A stretch of DNA of 63,991 nucleotides, counting the filler, from Stramenopiles sp. TOSAG23-3 (taxonomy: Eukaryota), in NCBI GenBank assembly GCA_900128585.1. It is 5 parts of 5 records of this genome, joined end to end, with 100 filler letters (N's around TTAATTAATTAA, not from the genome) between each part and the next. Parts side by side here need not be neighbours in the genome. Positions count along the whole stretch, not along the records: positions 52,245 to 63,991 come from LT642729.1; 4 more parts are not named here. The stretch is one strand, 5' to 3'. Under the pieces are notes generated by a model. It had not been told where the DNA came from, did no database searches, and saw nothing but the letters and a program-made list of their open reading frames with translations. This document shows positions 63,300 to 63,991 of the stretch, in pieces; the stretch's first letter is position 1, and every line of letters begins with the position of its first letter. The position numbers were made by a program, and so were the translations under genes.

Positions 63300-63991
63300 A
63301 TGGAATTTGTAGACGAGTCTGGGGGTGAAGGGGACGAATGGGTTCTTATAAGTGAAAACGGGGAGACCGAGCTCTCGGAAGCTGAGAAAAACTTCTTGGG
63401 GTTTGCTGACGTTAGTAAGTTTGCTGACGTTAGTAAGACTGAAAGTGTTGACGATTTACTTTGCAGAACTGTGCTGTTGGACGGAAACAATAATGGCAAT
63501 GCATCAGTTCTGGGCGTGGACAAAATCGCAGCAGAAATTGCTCAAATGAAGTTTCCAAAGAGTGAGGAGGAGCCAACGGCGGTCAAGGCAAACGATTGGC
63601 TCGCCCCACCTGTATTCAGTGACTCAGACGCCGAAGAGGGACCTCTCTGCCCAAAACTCCCAACGAATTCGGGGGAAGGCCGGGCTCACACGCCCCAGAA
63701 AATAAGTAGACTTACCCGGCGGCGAGCGTCACCGTTGGCTCGTGAGTCGACGCTTCGTGCAAGAAAGGTAACGATGCAGACAGAAAGGAGAAAGAAGAAA
63801 ATGGGGAGAAGGAAAGAGCGTCGATGGGAAAACGACAATCTTTTGAAGAACCAGAGTTTTTGGAAAACGTTTGGAGATGTGATGGGGGATGAGACCAAGG
63901 ATGGGTTGTTTCAAGGGGTGGATGCTCTTGGAATGCAGGTTTCGAGAAGCGATGCACCGTTCGCGAAAATAATGAATGACTCTGACAGTTT
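63300..63991 (+). CDS. R3H-associated domain protein (R3HDM4-like), 3' end cut by the window edge
   Basis: Not in the ORF track; manual translation is open from ATG 63300 to the end and contains MGRRKERRWENDNLL. Confidence 0.65.
   Translation, partial: MEFVDESGGEGDEWVLISENGETELSEAEKNFLGFADVSKFADVSKTESVDDLLCRTVLLDGNNNGNASVLGVDKIAAEIAQMKFPKSEEEPTAVKANDWLAPPVFSDSDAEEGPLCPKLPTNSGEGRAHTPQKISRLTRRRASPLARESTLRARKVTMQTERRKKKMGRRKERRWENDNLLKNQSFWKTFGDVMGDETKDGLFQGVDALGMQVSRSDAPFAKIMNDSDS

Overview
Eukaryotic (protist-type, possibly stramenopile - inference only) genomic DNA with almost entirely intronless genes and AT-rich, GAA/CTT-microsatellite-rich spacers. The window is not contiguous. It is five ~13-kb pieces (1-12986, 13087-26069, 26170-39118, 39219-52144, 52245-end) joined by artificial N44-TTAATTAATTAA-N44 linkers, so gene neighbourhood only means something within a piece. 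Recognisable core genes: UBZ-AlkB, p31comet, presenilin, TTL, aquaporin, TBL1, NAR1, ATXR3/SDG2-like SET protein, Prp18, KATNAL2, SPATA5, TUL1, Kelch and R3H-associated proteins. Most unusual items: (1) a 1515-aa polyprotein-like ORF with tandem signal-like segments and a dynamin-like GTPase bracketed by two diGly-terminated ubiquitin-like domains, facing a divergent ORF that also ends in a Ubl-GG; (2) a conserved ~100-bp hairpin-containing element in front of accessory genes; (3) a recurrent AAAACAAGAAAATTGGCTGTTATTT motif, mostly in sense orientation just after stop codons; (4) two structured intergenic ncRNA candidates, one with a telomerase-template-like CCTAACCC; (5) a katanin missing its arginine-finger segment; (6) a SHIP-type C2 domain; (7) an exact 79-nt terminal repeat on piece 4. 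All protein assignments are by eye from motifs; no searches were run.
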